From Pelagomonas calceolata (taxonomy: Eukaryota), in contig CAKKNE010000002.1 of NCBI GenBank assembly GCA_918797485.1, positions 3,472,001 through 3,536,000 of the forward strand: a DNA stretch of 64,000 nucleotides. Reading direction: 5' to 3'. How positions within the stretch are numbered: the first letter of the stretch is position 1; each line of letters starts with the position of its first letter. Of the stretch, positions 1 through 9,381 are shown piece after piece. Under the pieces are notes generated by a model, which saw only the letters and a program-made list of their open reading frames with translations, was not told the DNA's origin and searched no databases. Both the position numbers and the translations under genes were made by a program.

Positions 1-141
1 CCCAGCCGCTATTAGCCTTCTTAGAACCCTCTGTATGATCGATATAAGTTGTATTGAATTTTCTTCTCCCGCAGACAGCGTCTCCAACGGTCTCTGCGAT
101 GCAAAGCTCCACGTCCATAAACACACGTGCCTCCTACGAAA

Positions 142-225
142 CTACTTGAAGGCAACTTCACCCAACATATTAACCTACTTGAAGGCAACTTGACCCCCAA
201 ACTAACCTACTTGAGGTCAAGTTGC
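142..225. repeat. Three-copy degenerate tandem repeat, 32-33 bp period
   Basis: CTACTTGAAGGCAACTT at 142 and 175; variant CTACTTGAGGTCAAGTT at 207. Confidence 0.8.
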
Positions 226-627
226 CTCTAACCTCAATCCTAACACTTTAATCCTAAGGGACGGGTTTTGACGCAATTCAATTTAGGGCAGGAATTGGCG
301 CCAAAAAAAAGAAGACGCAGGTTAGGAGAGGCCGTTGGGTGGTCAACGGCGTGTGATTTCACACCCGTTGCCAGTCAACACACTCTCTCTCATATAATCG
401 TTCAAGGAACTCGCCACGTTCTTTCTTCTCGGAGGCCTTGTATATGTACGGGAGGGAAAATCGAGGACGCCAAGGACTTCTGCTTAAACCGCTTGGCAGT
501 CTTCCGCCCCGCGCGGGCCCGGGGCTTCCCAGGGGAGTAGACCGAGCGGTAAAGGAGGTCTCGGGGCTGCCGCCCGCCCGGGGGACTTCGGAGACGTCGG
601 CCGCGTGTTGGCAGGCCCGGGTACTTA

Positions 628-2431
628 TCAAGATGTGGGCGGCGCGGCCGGCTCGCCATCGACGGGCTCGGCGAGGACCTCGCGGACGCGTCGCGCGTCC
701 GAGCGCGCGACGGTGAAGCGGTACCCCGAGTCGACGACGGCGACGCCGACGGCGGGAATCTCGCCGTGGACGGCGCAGAGGTAGCCCGACAGCGTCACGC
801 AGTCGAACGCGCGGTCGTCGAGCGGCGGCGCGGCGGCGCCGCCGCTGCCGCCGCCGCCTCCGCCTCCGGCGGGCGCCGGCGGCGGGCCGAAGAGCGCGGC
901 GCGGACGTCGTCCAGCTCGGCCTCGCCGCGGACCACGTACGTCCTGGACGCGCCCCCCCGGCCGCGGTCCCCGGCGCCGCGCACGACCTGGATGAGCGAG
1001 CGGTCGGCCCGGTCGGCGCCCTCGGCCGCGTCGTCCTCGTCGTAGATCTCCCCGACGACCTCCTCGAGGATATCTTCCAGCGTCACGATGCCCGCGGTGC
1101 CGCCGTACTCGTCCACCACGACGGCGAGGTGCCGCCGCCGCCGCCGGAGGCTCTCGAGCGCGGCCCAGACCTGTGCGTAAATTAACCAGTGAGTCGGGTG
1201 CACCCGATAATTCTTCACTAAGTCATTTCTCGGCGAGAACGCGGCCGTGTTGGCTGAAACGAGCGGTAATAGACCACAACTCCACGCCGTCGAGCAGGCG
1301 TCGCGTCGATGGCGTGGAGGTCATGATTGAGCCGTGGCGAGGCGCGTCGCGAGAAATTGATTGAGCACTGGCCCAGACGCTCATGGAGCCCGGCACGAAG
1401 TACGGCGACTCGAGGGCCGGCTCGTCGCGCGCGCGCGTCGCGCGCAGCGCCGCCGCGCCGCCGCGCTCCGCGTAGCGGATCAGCGTCTTCGCGAGGAGCA
1501 CGCCCACGACGTCGTCGACGTCCTTCTCGTAGACGAGGACGCGGCTGCGCTTCGCTGCGCGCATGAGGTCCAGCGCCTCGCTGAGCGGTGCGCCGCCGGC
1601 CAGCGCCACGACGTCGACGCGCGGCGTCATCACCTCCGCGACGCGCGTCGCGCGCAGGTCCAGCACGCCGTCGACCATGCGCGACTCCCGCGCGCCGAGC
1701 GCGCCGCTGCGCCGCGCGCCGGCGACCAGCAGCCGCAGGCCGCGCTCCGAGACGCCCAGCGCGGCGGCGTCGCCCCGCGCGGCGAGGCCGAGCGGCGCGA
1801 GGCACAGCTGCGCGAGCGCGCCGAAGAACGCGCCGACCGGGGCGAGGACGACGGCGGCCGCGCGCACGAGCGGCACCGCGCGCCGCGCGACGCGCTCGGC
1901 GTTCGCGACGGCGAGCGTCTTCGGCAGCAGCTCGCCGAGGAAGATCGAGCCCGCGGCGAAGCCCAGCGTCGCCGCCGCCGCGCGCCGCGGCGCGCCGGCG
2001 CAGAGCTCGGCCAGCGCCGACGCCGCCAGCGCCGTGCCGCAGACCGTGCACGCCGTCGAGCAGACCAGCAGCGTGTAGAGCACGCGCGTGATGTCGCGGT
2101 CGAGCATGGTGAAGACGCCTGTCGACGGCTCGGCCTCGGCGAACTCCTTGACCTTCCACGGGTACAGCGTCGTGATGGCCACCTCCGCGGCGTGCAGGAG
2201 CGCCGACGAGAGGAAGAGCGCCGCGAAGGTCGCGAGCTTGCGCGCGTGGCCGCCGCGCGCGGCAGCCACCGCCGCTCCCGGGGATCCACCAAACGAGAGT
2301 CCCGCGGCCCGGAGCCGCGGGCGCGCGCGCCGCGCAGCGGCGCCCGCGCGCCTCGCGCGCCAGTCGGGCGCGGCGACGAAGCTCTGCGCGGACCCCAAAG
2401 CTGCGGCTAATAGCCAAATGGAGGGCCTCAT
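628..2431 (-). CDS. CNNM/CorC-HlyC family Mg/Co transporter (DUF21 TM + CBS pair + CorC domain), probably plastid-targeted; 2 exons (2431-1379, 1170-628)
   Basis: [70 protein letters not shown]. Signal peptide followed by F (AQS-FVAAP). Removing 1171-1378 joins the frames as [11 protein letters not shown]. Confidence 0.92.
1171..1378 (-). mobile_element. Introner element (non-autonomous DNA transposon forming a spliceosomal intron)
   Basis: 200-bp insert (1171-1370) flanked by the 8-bp duplication GCCCAGAC (1163-1170, 1371-1378). Imperfect TIRs CTGTGCGTAAATT / AATTGATTGAGCACTG. On the minus strand GT comes from the TSD and CAG from the TIR. Confidence 0.92.
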
Positions 2432-2518
2432 GACAGTACCCCTGAGGCCGCCGAAAGTCGAACTACGGCGACCAGGACGCGGCCGAGGCTGAGGCTAGAT
2501 ATAATATGATTGTAACCT

Positions 2519-2536
2519 TACCGTAGGTACCGTACC
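2519..2536. promoter_or_regulatory. GGTACCGTA-type motif about 90 bp upstream of the CNNM start
   Basis: TACCGTAGGTACCGTACC; the same motif lies upstream of several other genes. Confidence 0.45.
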
Positions 2537-3213
2537 GGAGGTAGGCTGGAGGAGGGGAACAGGTCGGGGGGGGAGTTTCAACAATAGTCGCCGGCTTCGA
2601 CGCGAGCGGCGCGCATGGTAGCCTAATCATCTCTAGGCGGCTCCTCGGAGCACTCGCCAAGAACGCCGCGGACTTCAACGACATGCTCCACAACGCCCGC
2701 GCCGACGTCTTGGAGATCGACGACGTCGTCGCGTTCTTCATCATCCTCATCCGCCACGTCCAGGAGGAGGCGGCCGCGGGGGCCGCTCCGATGGAGGAGT
2801 GATTGCCTTAGGCGACGGCCAACAGCTAGTAGGGGGGACACCCAAAACTCAAAATTCTATGACTCCCCCGGGACCCCCAGCCCACCACCATGCTTTAGAG
2901 GGACCTTACCGGGGGCGGGGGGCACCCGGAGAGTGCTGTAATGTCGCCGGGGGCCGGCCCGAGGTACTCCGCGCGCGCTGTAATTTAGGAGGAGTACCAA
3001 TGCCAGTGGGTCACTATTATACCTTTGGATAATATGGAATAGTACTCGCTTCTTTTATACTATGTTAAGTTCACCGGGTAGGCACACTGCTCCGGATAGC
3101 GTGCGCATAACCCGCGAGCACACCCCCGGGGACCTTTACTCACTTCTTTACTCTGCAGCCTAATGTGCTCGTCAGGTCAGACCTCGCTCCCTCCCGAGGA
3201 ACCCGTTTTTCTC

Positions 3214-4233
3214 TCAGTAGAGCTTGGCGATCTCGTACTCGTCGTCGGCGATGTGCCGCCTGCGAACCTCGTCCGAGTCCTCGCGGCGGCGGTCCGCGTC
3301 GCGCGCGAGGCTCGCGGCGAAGCGCGCGGCCTCGGCGTCGGACATCGCGTAGGGCGAGTACTCGTCCGAGGGAAACGCGCCGGTCCGCACCGCGTCCCTG
3401 AACGCCGCGAGGCCGCGGCGCGACTCCTTCCCCACCTCCGCGAAGACGCGGCAGAACCGGGGCACGTGGCTCGCATGGTGCGGGTGCGCCAGCGACCCCA
3501 GGAGGTCCGAGTACACCAGGACCTGGCCGTCGCAGCCGGGGCCGGCGCCGATGCCCACGCACGGCACGGCGAGCGCCCGCGAGAGCGCGGCGCCGACGGT
3601 CGCCGGCACGCACTCGGCGACGACGGCGAACGCGCCCGCCCGCTCCAGCGCGAGGGCCTCGTCGACGAGGCGCCGCGCCCGCCGCGCCGTGCGGCCCTGC
3701 GCGCGGAAGCCGCCCGTCACGGCGACGGCCTGGGGCGTCAGGCCCACGTGGCCCATCACGGCGACGCCCGCGTCGACGAGCGTCTCCACGGTCGCGGCGA
3801 CGCGCGGGGAGCCGCCCTCGACCTTGACGCCGTCGGCGCCGCCCTCCTTGACAGCGCGGTGCGCCGCGCGCAGCGCGACCGCTGGCGACTCCTCGTAGGC
3901 GCCGAACGGCAGGTCCATCACGAGCAGCGGCGCGTCGCCGACCGCCCCCAGGCCGCGGCGCGCGGCGCGGCAGTGGTGCAGCATCTCGTCGAGCGTCACG
4001 GGCCGCGTGTCGGCGTAGCCCAGCGCGACCATGCCGAGCGAGTCGCCGCAGAGCGCCACGTCGACGCCGGCGGCGCCGACGTGCGCGGCCGACGGGTAGT
4101 CATGCGCCGTCACCATGCAGATCTTCTCGCCGAGGCGCTTCATGCGCAGCAGGCCCATGGCCGTGACCTTGCGCCGCGCCGCCGCGGTCTCACCCGAGAG
4201 CGCGCGGACGGGCGCGGCCGCCGCGCGCCGCAT
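3214..4233 (-). CDS. panB: 3-methyl-2-oxobutanoate hydroxymethyltransferase (ketopantoate hydroxymethyltransferase)
   Basis: KICMVTAHDYPSA, CGDSLGMVALG, DLPFGAYE, GVKVEGG, VMGHVGLTPQ, GIGAGPGCDGQVLV. Arg/Ala-rich N-terminus resembles a mitochondrial presequence. Confidence 0.97.
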   Translation of the reverse strand: MRRAAAAPVRALSGETAAARRKVTAMGLLRMKRLGEKICMVTAHDYPSAAHVGAAGVDVALCGDSLGMVALGYADTRPVTLDEMLHHCRAARRGLGAVGDAPLLVMDLPFGAYEESPAVALRAAHRAVKEGGADGVKVEGGSPRVAATVETLVDAGVAVMGHVGLTPQAVAVTGGFRAQGRTARRARRLVDEALALERAGAFAVVAECVPATVGAALSRALAVPCVGIGAGPGCDGQVLVYSDLLGSLAHPHHASHVPRFCRVFAEVGKESRRGLAAFRDAVRTGAFPSDEYSPYAMSDAEAARFAASLARDADRRREDSDEVRRRHIADDEYEIAKLY

Positions 4234-4295
4234 GGCCGCGCCAGCCCCTGTGGCTCAGCACCCTGTGGCTCCGAGTGCGCTCCCCAAAGGTTACT

Positions 4296-4343
4296 GGTAC
4301 CGTAGGTACCGTAGGTACCTACGTAGGTACCTACGGTACCTAG
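4296..4343. promoter_or_regulatory. GGTACCGTA array containing a perfect 40-bp palindrome (4303-4342), about 65 bp upstream of panB
   Basis: TAGGTACCGTAGGTACCTACGTAGGTACCTACGGTACCTA is its own reverse complement; a regulatory role is inferred only from position. Confidence 0.55.
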
Positions 4344-4918
4344 GGGACCGCAGGTACTTACCTAGTAGGAGGTCCGAGGGGCCAGCGCTGGGTACTAGTA
4401 GGAAGTGCGGGGCCGCGCGAGAGCTCCGGGGGACGCGCAAAAGACAACAGGTAAACCGGAATATAGTATCCCAAGCGGCCCTAGCGGCGCGGCAGCTGGC
4501 CGCGAGCCTCTTCGCCAAAATCGGGAAACCGACTCAGCAGTGGCGTCCTCGGGAGTAAGCGGAAACGCTCGTTTCGCCATCGAGGTCGAAGTGGCCGTGG
4601 CGCGCGTCGGGCGGCGTGCGGCACGCATCGCACACGTCACACGGTTTTCGGAACAAGCGAAACCGCAGCGTGGGACATGGCCCTATACGAGACGTCGGAA
4701 AATAGCTGTTACTCGGATTTTGGGGCGCAGGACCTGAGGTCCAGTCCTCTACGAGTCCAGGCCCGACATCTGGACGTGACCGTCCGGCGGGGGGGCCGAG
4801 CCGTAGCGGGGGGGGGGGAGTTAGGTGATTGGTTGCCACCAGCCAGGTACGACCCGTGCTTCCGCACGAACCATCACGATATTTAAGTAAAGCCTTCAAA
4901 GGGGGGGACGCCAGGTCA

Positions 4919-4957
4919 TGAGTGAGTGAGTGAGTGAGTGAGTGAGTGAGTGTGAGT
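4919..4957. repeat. (TGAG)n microsatellite
   Basis: About 8 perfect units plus a degenerate tail. Confidence 0.95.
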
Positions 4958-5092
4958 CTTAATCGATCCGAAATTACCGGCTTTTTCGCATGAAGTCTCC
5001 GAGGGCTCGGTCCTTCCCCCCCCCCGGTCAGGGGTCTGTACGGAGGTCGATGACGCCGTGAGGGACTGCCCTGCGTGAAACCTCGTTTTGGC

Positions 5093-5182
5093 CTGGCCCC
5101 AGCGTGCCGGTGCGGTCTCCGGCTTGCTAAAACGGTTTTTCACGCGGGCAAGCCGGAGACCGCACCCGCACGCTGGGGTCAG
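5093..5182. repeat. Inverted repeat/hairpin, 35-bp arms (2 mismatches), 20-nt loop
   Basis: CTGGCCCCAGCGTGCCGGTGCGGTCTCCGGCTTGC (5093-5127) vs GCAAGCCGGAGACCGCACCCGCACGCTGGGGTCAG (5148-5182). Confidence 0.9.
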
Positions 5183-5812
5183 TGTGAAAACGCTGTCGAC
5201 TTCGAAACCCGCGAGCGTCTAGGGCCCGGGGCTCAGCGTCAATTGATTTTTCTTTAGCTTTCTCTTAGCTCTACGGCCTGTGTGCTCATCAGGCTGCTCC
5301 AAACAGCGCCTCCTCGTCACGCGTTTCGCCCACAGCAACGACGCGCGACACGCTTTTCGTTTGGTTAGGGCGATGCACTGGCGGCCGGCGCGAGGATGTA
5401 CGCACGGTAGAGTAAAGTCTCGGCGTTGCTCGGCGGCGGCGCTGTAGAAGTGAGGAGGTCAAAAACCCGTTTAGTAGATTTAGCTACCTGCGCCCCCCGC
5501 AGCTGCATGCGTCCAGCAAGGCGGCTACAACGGTCCAGGTGATTTGGCCGTAGCGCCGCCAGCAAGACGTCCGTGCCTATAATACCCTTCTTTTAAAAAT
5601 TCAATTGCTCTTTTTTTAATCATGATTGGACCTTTATAAAAAAATTACTAGTATTTGCCAAGTTGTATGGGCGGGATCGCTCCACGGGCAACGTTCATCA
5701 TCATCAGGTCGCGTGCCAATGTAAATTTAAGGGCCTTGGAGCAGCGGTGGCGGCATCTGTGATTAAGACACTGCACCCTGGTCTGTGAGGCCGCGGCCGA
5801 CGCACGCCGGGC

Positions 5813-6181
5813 GCGGACACCGAACCCCAAATATAAGCTCTATACATAGGCGTCTGGTACGGACGCAAATTGAGAATAGGGGACCCACATACCCCTCTAG
5901 GACGTGACCGAAACGGGTAAGCGAAACGATTAGGTTTGGAAATTTTAGTGGCCTGCGAAGGTCGCGCCAGCCTGAGTGGCGTTTCGTGCCGCGTCAGGCG
6001 GCATCTGGCAGCCCACCGGGTACCCGGCCGCGCCTACGCATTCGCCCCACGTCATGTACCCGAGGGCCCCTGGGAGACCAAACTACCAGCATAGAAGCGA
6101 GTTTTTTTTTTCAGTCCAGAGGATATCCAGGGGCCTCTGAAATACCCGCATGTTAGGCCCCAGATGGGCAACTTCGCGACC
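5813..6181 (+). mobile_element. Repeat family B, 3'-truncated copy
   Basis: About 5898-6181 is nearly identical to about 15777-16061; weaker similarity extends back to GCGGACAC.AACCCCAAAT. Confidence 0.85.
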
Positions 6182-6374
6182 TCTATTCTTCCTCGACCCT
6201 TGATAATATCCACATATGGTACGAATAACCTTGTGGTCCTATCAAGCGATTTAGGCCCAACGCACCGAGCACCTGTGCATTTAGCACGCCGAGACTTACC
6301 GGGACTCTCGCCCATTGTACGCTGCATCGTAGCTCACTCTAGCTTGATCTCGCCATTATGATGACATCACCACA

Positions 6375-7142
6375 TTACAGAATCTCGCCACTAGTCATCG
6401 CACCAGATGAAGTCTGTGGGCTTGAGCCTGAAAAACGAGGTCCCTTGTCATTTTTCGCGATGGATGGATTGAAACCGGTATATCCGGGCAAATTGTGTTG
6501 ATGGTAGAAGAGCTGATTTGAAGCTTTTGTCCGAGCCATTTCACCATCAGCATGGTCAGCCGCTGTGTGGTTTCGAGATGAACACGGAATATGGCCACTG
6601 TAGCCTGGGACATGATACGTTGTCTTTGCGCTTCCATCGCAGAGGTCCATGGTAGTTGATGCCATACCTGTTTTGGCCACAAAAGGGCGACCAGAAGGAC
6701 ACTCCCCCGCCATTCCCATGTCCATCTGGTAGCTGGATTTTGTTTGGTCTTCAACTATAAGGTCACAGGCTACGCTTGATGACCATTTCGGCTGATGAAA
6801 TGTAGGACAAGCAGCGTGGTCTGAACTACTTCTTCCGTACGAATGCCGGCTCATCGTCATTCCCGCGCACGGCTTAGTTGCAGGCTTGTTTGAAAATGCA
6901 GCGCTTATACCAAGTGGGTCGGGCACGTGATAGTCTGACAGTGTCAGTCCTTGTGACATCATTACTGAAATTGTCTTATCGCGCATCCCTAGCAAACAAG
7001 CGCTTGGTGTGGGATAGTTCCCAGGGTTGAGATACTTGGATCTATTTGATTCGAGCGTCTCTCCCGGTTTGAGCATGGGAGGAGGTCGCAAACTGAAGCC
7101 TCGAAAGCCCTGATATCCAGTGGTACCGTTTGCCATCATCAA
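6375..7142 (-). CDS. FAM166/DUF2475-like protein with PGYxG motifs, putative ciliary microtubule inner protein; 5' exon probably upstream
   Basis: YHVPGYSGHIP, LPGYTGFNP and TTGYQG motifs in a 255-aa ORF; acceptor-like TAG near 7164. Confidence 0.6.
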   Translation of the reverse strand: MMMANGTTGYQGFRGFSLRPPPMLKPGETLESNRSKYLNPGNYPTPSACLLGMRDKTISVMMSQGLTLSDYHVPDPLGISAAFSNKPATKPCAGMTMSRHSYGRSSSDHAACPTFHQPKWSSSVACDLIVEDQTKSSYQMDMGMAGECPSGRPFVAKTGMASTTMDLCDGSAKTTYHVPGYSGHIPCSSRNHTAADHADGEMARTKASNQLFYHQHNLPGYTGFNPSIAKNDKGPRFSGSSPQTSSGAMTSGEIL

Positions 7143-7594
7143 GACGACGTTAGGCGCGGATACCTAGATGGATATGGATATGATGCTACCGCGATACGGC
7201 CTACGAGGTTTTAGCTCCAGTGAAATGCTCAAGTGGGGCTGCCTATTCTGCAATGGAAATACACGTCTGATGTGATCTCTTGGTCCGAGTCCGCGTCGGA
7301 GTCCCGGGCCAGCGGGAACTCAGAAGTTGAACTTGAACTTGAACTTGAAGGGGTCACGGTACCGTGACGCCCCTCAGGCTTGAATCTAAGGCTTGAAGTT
7401 TGCCGCGGGCCAGTGGGAGTGCACTGGCAGCCTGAGCCTCAGCCGCTGAGCGGCTCAGGCTGCCGCCAGTGACTCGGAGACGGTCCGCCGGAGAGCTACC
7501 ATGACCCTTCCGAGTCAACTTGAAGTTAAGAATACCGTGACACTATCTAGTTTTGGTGAACGTAAGCAGCCTTGGAAGTCGGATATTCCCTAGC

Positions 7595-7860
7595 AGCCCT
7601 ATATAGATATGGAACGATAGGAAATAATTAGTGGGGAATTAGAGGCCGATTTATCCCGTCCGTTGGAGCGATTGGGTTTCGGGCGGGTTTTATCTCGGAC
7701 CATCGCACCGCGTAGCAGCTGATTTTTCAGCGTGAGGCTGCCCACACGGTACCAAAATGCGCACAGCCCATTATCATGATTTTAGCATACGGAACCTGCG
7801 CCTCAGCAAAAATTTGCCGCCATTCGGTCGGCGCGTGGCTGTACGCTCAATTGCGCCAAA
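7595..7860 (+). repeat. Repeat family A, copy 1
   Basis: Aligns with 50400-50619 (direct) and 63288-63572 (inverted), e.g. AGCCCTATATAGATAT, GCGCACAGCCCATTAT, GGCGCGTGGCTGTACGCTCAATTGCGCCAAA. Confidence 0.88.
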
Positions 7861-8298
7861 ACCTCAGGCTGCCAACGTCGACTATTGCGCTCGACCCCCC
7901 TATAAATTTCGAAGTCTCCAAGGAGCCTTAAGCGTCGCAGGCTAATTCATTCTAATTAGAGCTAAGAGAAGGTAAGGAAGAATGTTCAAGTTACTCCAAC
8001 GAATTAACCGACTTCCGGCTAGGGGGAGGTGAACGGTGTTTTATTGCGCGTTTGCGTGTGTTGTGTATGAATATAAGTAGGAAGGGTGTAGGGATAGGGA
8101 TAGGGGGGTATTCGCTATAAATCGCCGCGGCCGCACTCCCGCCGGGCCCCTTTTTTATCAGGCCTCTTTCATCGAAGCTAGTGGAACGCGCAGCCATCTG
8201 CACCAATCCCATCGCTGAGATCAAGTGCGGCGTACCGCCCCGCGGCGCGACGCCGTAGCAGAAATGATCGTCCGGACGTCACGGTTGGCCTTACAGTT

Positions 8299-8608
8299 CT
8301 AAAGTGCACTGGCCCGGGCAATTTACGTGGAAAAAAACGCGTAAATTGCGCGTAAAGCACCGCTACAGGAGATCCCACGTGTAAAAAACGGCGTCACGGT
8401 AAAAAAGGAGGTATGCAAAAGTCCTTCCAGGGCTCTTCCGGAAGCCCGCGCAGGTGTCACACGGTCAGCTAGCTGCCCTTTAAGACACCGTGACTAGCTC
8501 GCGATCAGCTGCCCAAAACGTTGTCAGAGCCGAGTCGCTGCGTGTGTCCGGGTTTTATAAATAAAAGCACGCGTAAAATACGCGTAAAACGCGCAAATTG
8601 CACCCTAG
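8299..8608 (-). mobile_element. MITE family C, decayed and internally deleted copy
   Basis: Reverse-complement match to 33934-34374; right end TGCACCCTAG retained, left TIR interrupted. Confidence 0.85.
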
Positions 8609-9381
8609 GCCTTACTCGGATTCGGCGAAATTATCTAAATTTCCCTAGGAGTCCGTGTCTCCGGCGCCCAGGGACCCAAGTGGCTCTCCCTCGCTCCGAT
8701 GCCGCATTTCAATGCACGGTTTTTAGCATCTTTTTGGGCCCGTCGCAGCGTAATTACCATCTTAGTGTCCGCCTAATTTGATGGCAGCCTACTTTGCATG
8801 GCACGCGACAACACCATAAGGAACACCCACGCCACCCTGCCTCGGCGAGAGTCGGCCCGCAAGGCCGGCAGCAGCAAAGCTCCGCTCGCGCTAATCGGGC
8901 CAAACGGACGACCAAATCGGCTGGTGTCCCCCGGATTTTAAAGGGGGCCTGGGAGGGGAGAACTCCGCTCGAGAAGAGACCTAAACGCGTCAGCGGCTCG
9001 GGAGGCGTGGTCTAAACGATAGCGTAGTCACGGTTCAAGGAAGAGTCTCGGGAGTGCAATGGCCGGTTTAGTGCACAATCTCTGGCCTCCGGAACCGACC
9101 CTCTCAGCGGATGGGCACACATCACTGCGGCTAGAGTATACCGCAGCATAATTGCTGCCAATAACTCCACCGAGACTGGGTGTGTTGGGTCCGAACCACC
9201 TCTAATGGACTCTATATACCTTTCTGTATTTGATTCTGAGTCCATCTAATTTGGAGGATCAGCATAGGATTCAGCAATTCACATGAGCAGTTCATTTGTA
9301 GGGTGAAGTGACTGCGAGGCCCGTGATTTCCAGTAGCAGTTCGCCTGGATCAAGGAGGGGGCGACAGAATAATGAATAATT

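Noticed and set aside
226..260. Telomere-like CCTAA hexamers
   Set aside because: Too short and degenerate to call an interstitial telomere
766..4305. Long overlapping and antisense ORFs (e.g. 1361-2410+, 1218-2417-, 3163-4305+)
   Set aside because: Shadow frames of very GC-rich genes; low-complexity Arg/Ala/Gly translations
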